Source: Pedobacter sp. (GTDB taxonomy: Bacteria; Desulfobacterota; Desulfuromonadia; Desulfuromonadales; Syntrophotaleaceae). Taken from it: DNA of 64,000 nucleotides. Shown one piece after another: positions 63,548-64,000 of the stretch; within the stretch, counting starts at the first letter, position 1, and the number at the start of each line of letters is the position of its first letter. The stretch lies in the NCBI GenBank assembly GCA_050253415.1, contig JBFWJC010000003.1, forward strand, positions 288,001-352,000, read 5' to 3'. The notes under the pieces were generated by a model. It did no database searches, was not told the origin of the DNA, and saw nothing but the letters and a program-made list of their open reading frames with translations. A program made the translations under genes and the position numbers.

Positions 63548-64000
63548 TTAACGCAATAAGGGTGTTTGCACAGCCTGTCCGGCCTCTTTCTCGGCCGTTC
63601 CTTCCCCGGCCGCCCGACGGATTTCAGGCAGCAGGATCGGCGCCATGCCTTTCAACACCTGGAGCGGCAGGGCCGAGGTGAAGGAGAAGTTCTCGGCCGA
63701 ACTGCCGGTGACAAAGGCGGTCAGGGTGCCGAAATGATGGTCTCCCAGATAGAAGACAAAGGTGGCGGTGCGGTTGAGGGCCCGTGAGGAGGTCCTGTAT
63801 CCGCCCGCGGTCGCGGTCACGATGCGGTTGTCGCCGGTCCCTGTTTTGCCGCCGATCGGCAGGGGCTGTCCATCCTCCAGCAAAAAGGTGTTGCCGAGGC
63901 GTTGGGCGGTGCCTGCGCTTACCACCTGTCCCAGTGCTTCCTTCAGCACCCGGGCGACCTCCGGCTCCATGACCTGGACCGGCCTGGCCGGGGGATGCTC
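63548..64000 (-). CDS. C-terminus of a large transglycosylase-domain/PBP-like protein (partial, runs off the window)
   Basis: Frame is open to base 64000; GGKTGTGD (KTG motif), RTATFVF and FTSALP. Confidence 0.75.
   Translation of the reverse strand, partial: EHPPARPVQVMEPEVARVLKEALGQVVSAGTAQRLGNTFLLEDGQPLPIGGKTGTGDNRIVTATAGGYRTSSRALNRTATFVFYLGDHHFGTLTAFVTGSSAENFSFTSALPLQVLKGMAPILLPEIRRAAGEGTAEKEAGQAVQTPLLR

Overview
Most of this window (1 to about 57,150) is housekeeping chromosome. Gene content and order suggest a Desulfuromonadales-type deltaproteobacterium (Geobacter/Pelobacter relatives); this is an inference. In order: the 3' end of tsaB, a DUF465 gene, ilvD-ilvB-ilvN, psd, leuA-leuC-leuD behind a Leu T-box, leuB, asd, a degenerate ecfT, truA, rplM-rpsI, argC, a YgiQ radical SAM gene, queA-tgt-yajC-secD-secF-recJ, pheA-tyrA-aroA-cmk-ispH-rpsA-sppA-ihfB, a stand-alone 6S RNA-like gene on the minus strand (invisible in the ORF track), rluD-like/lgt/HAD, an RsbV/RsbW pair, TPR and lipoprotein genes, a peptide ABC operon interrupted by an MshEN-domain gene, mutM, and a cysE-iscR-iscS-iscU-mnmA-mtaB operon with an IscR-like box. 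The last 7 kb is an accessory locus. It holds two AT-rich orphan genes, a putative RAYT-type transposase remnant with stuttered repeats, the 3' fragment of a group II intron, REP-like palindromes, a small Cys-rich protein, a sodium:solute symporter and a duplicated 3' end of a PBP-like gene. All calls come from reading motifs by eye; no database searches were run.
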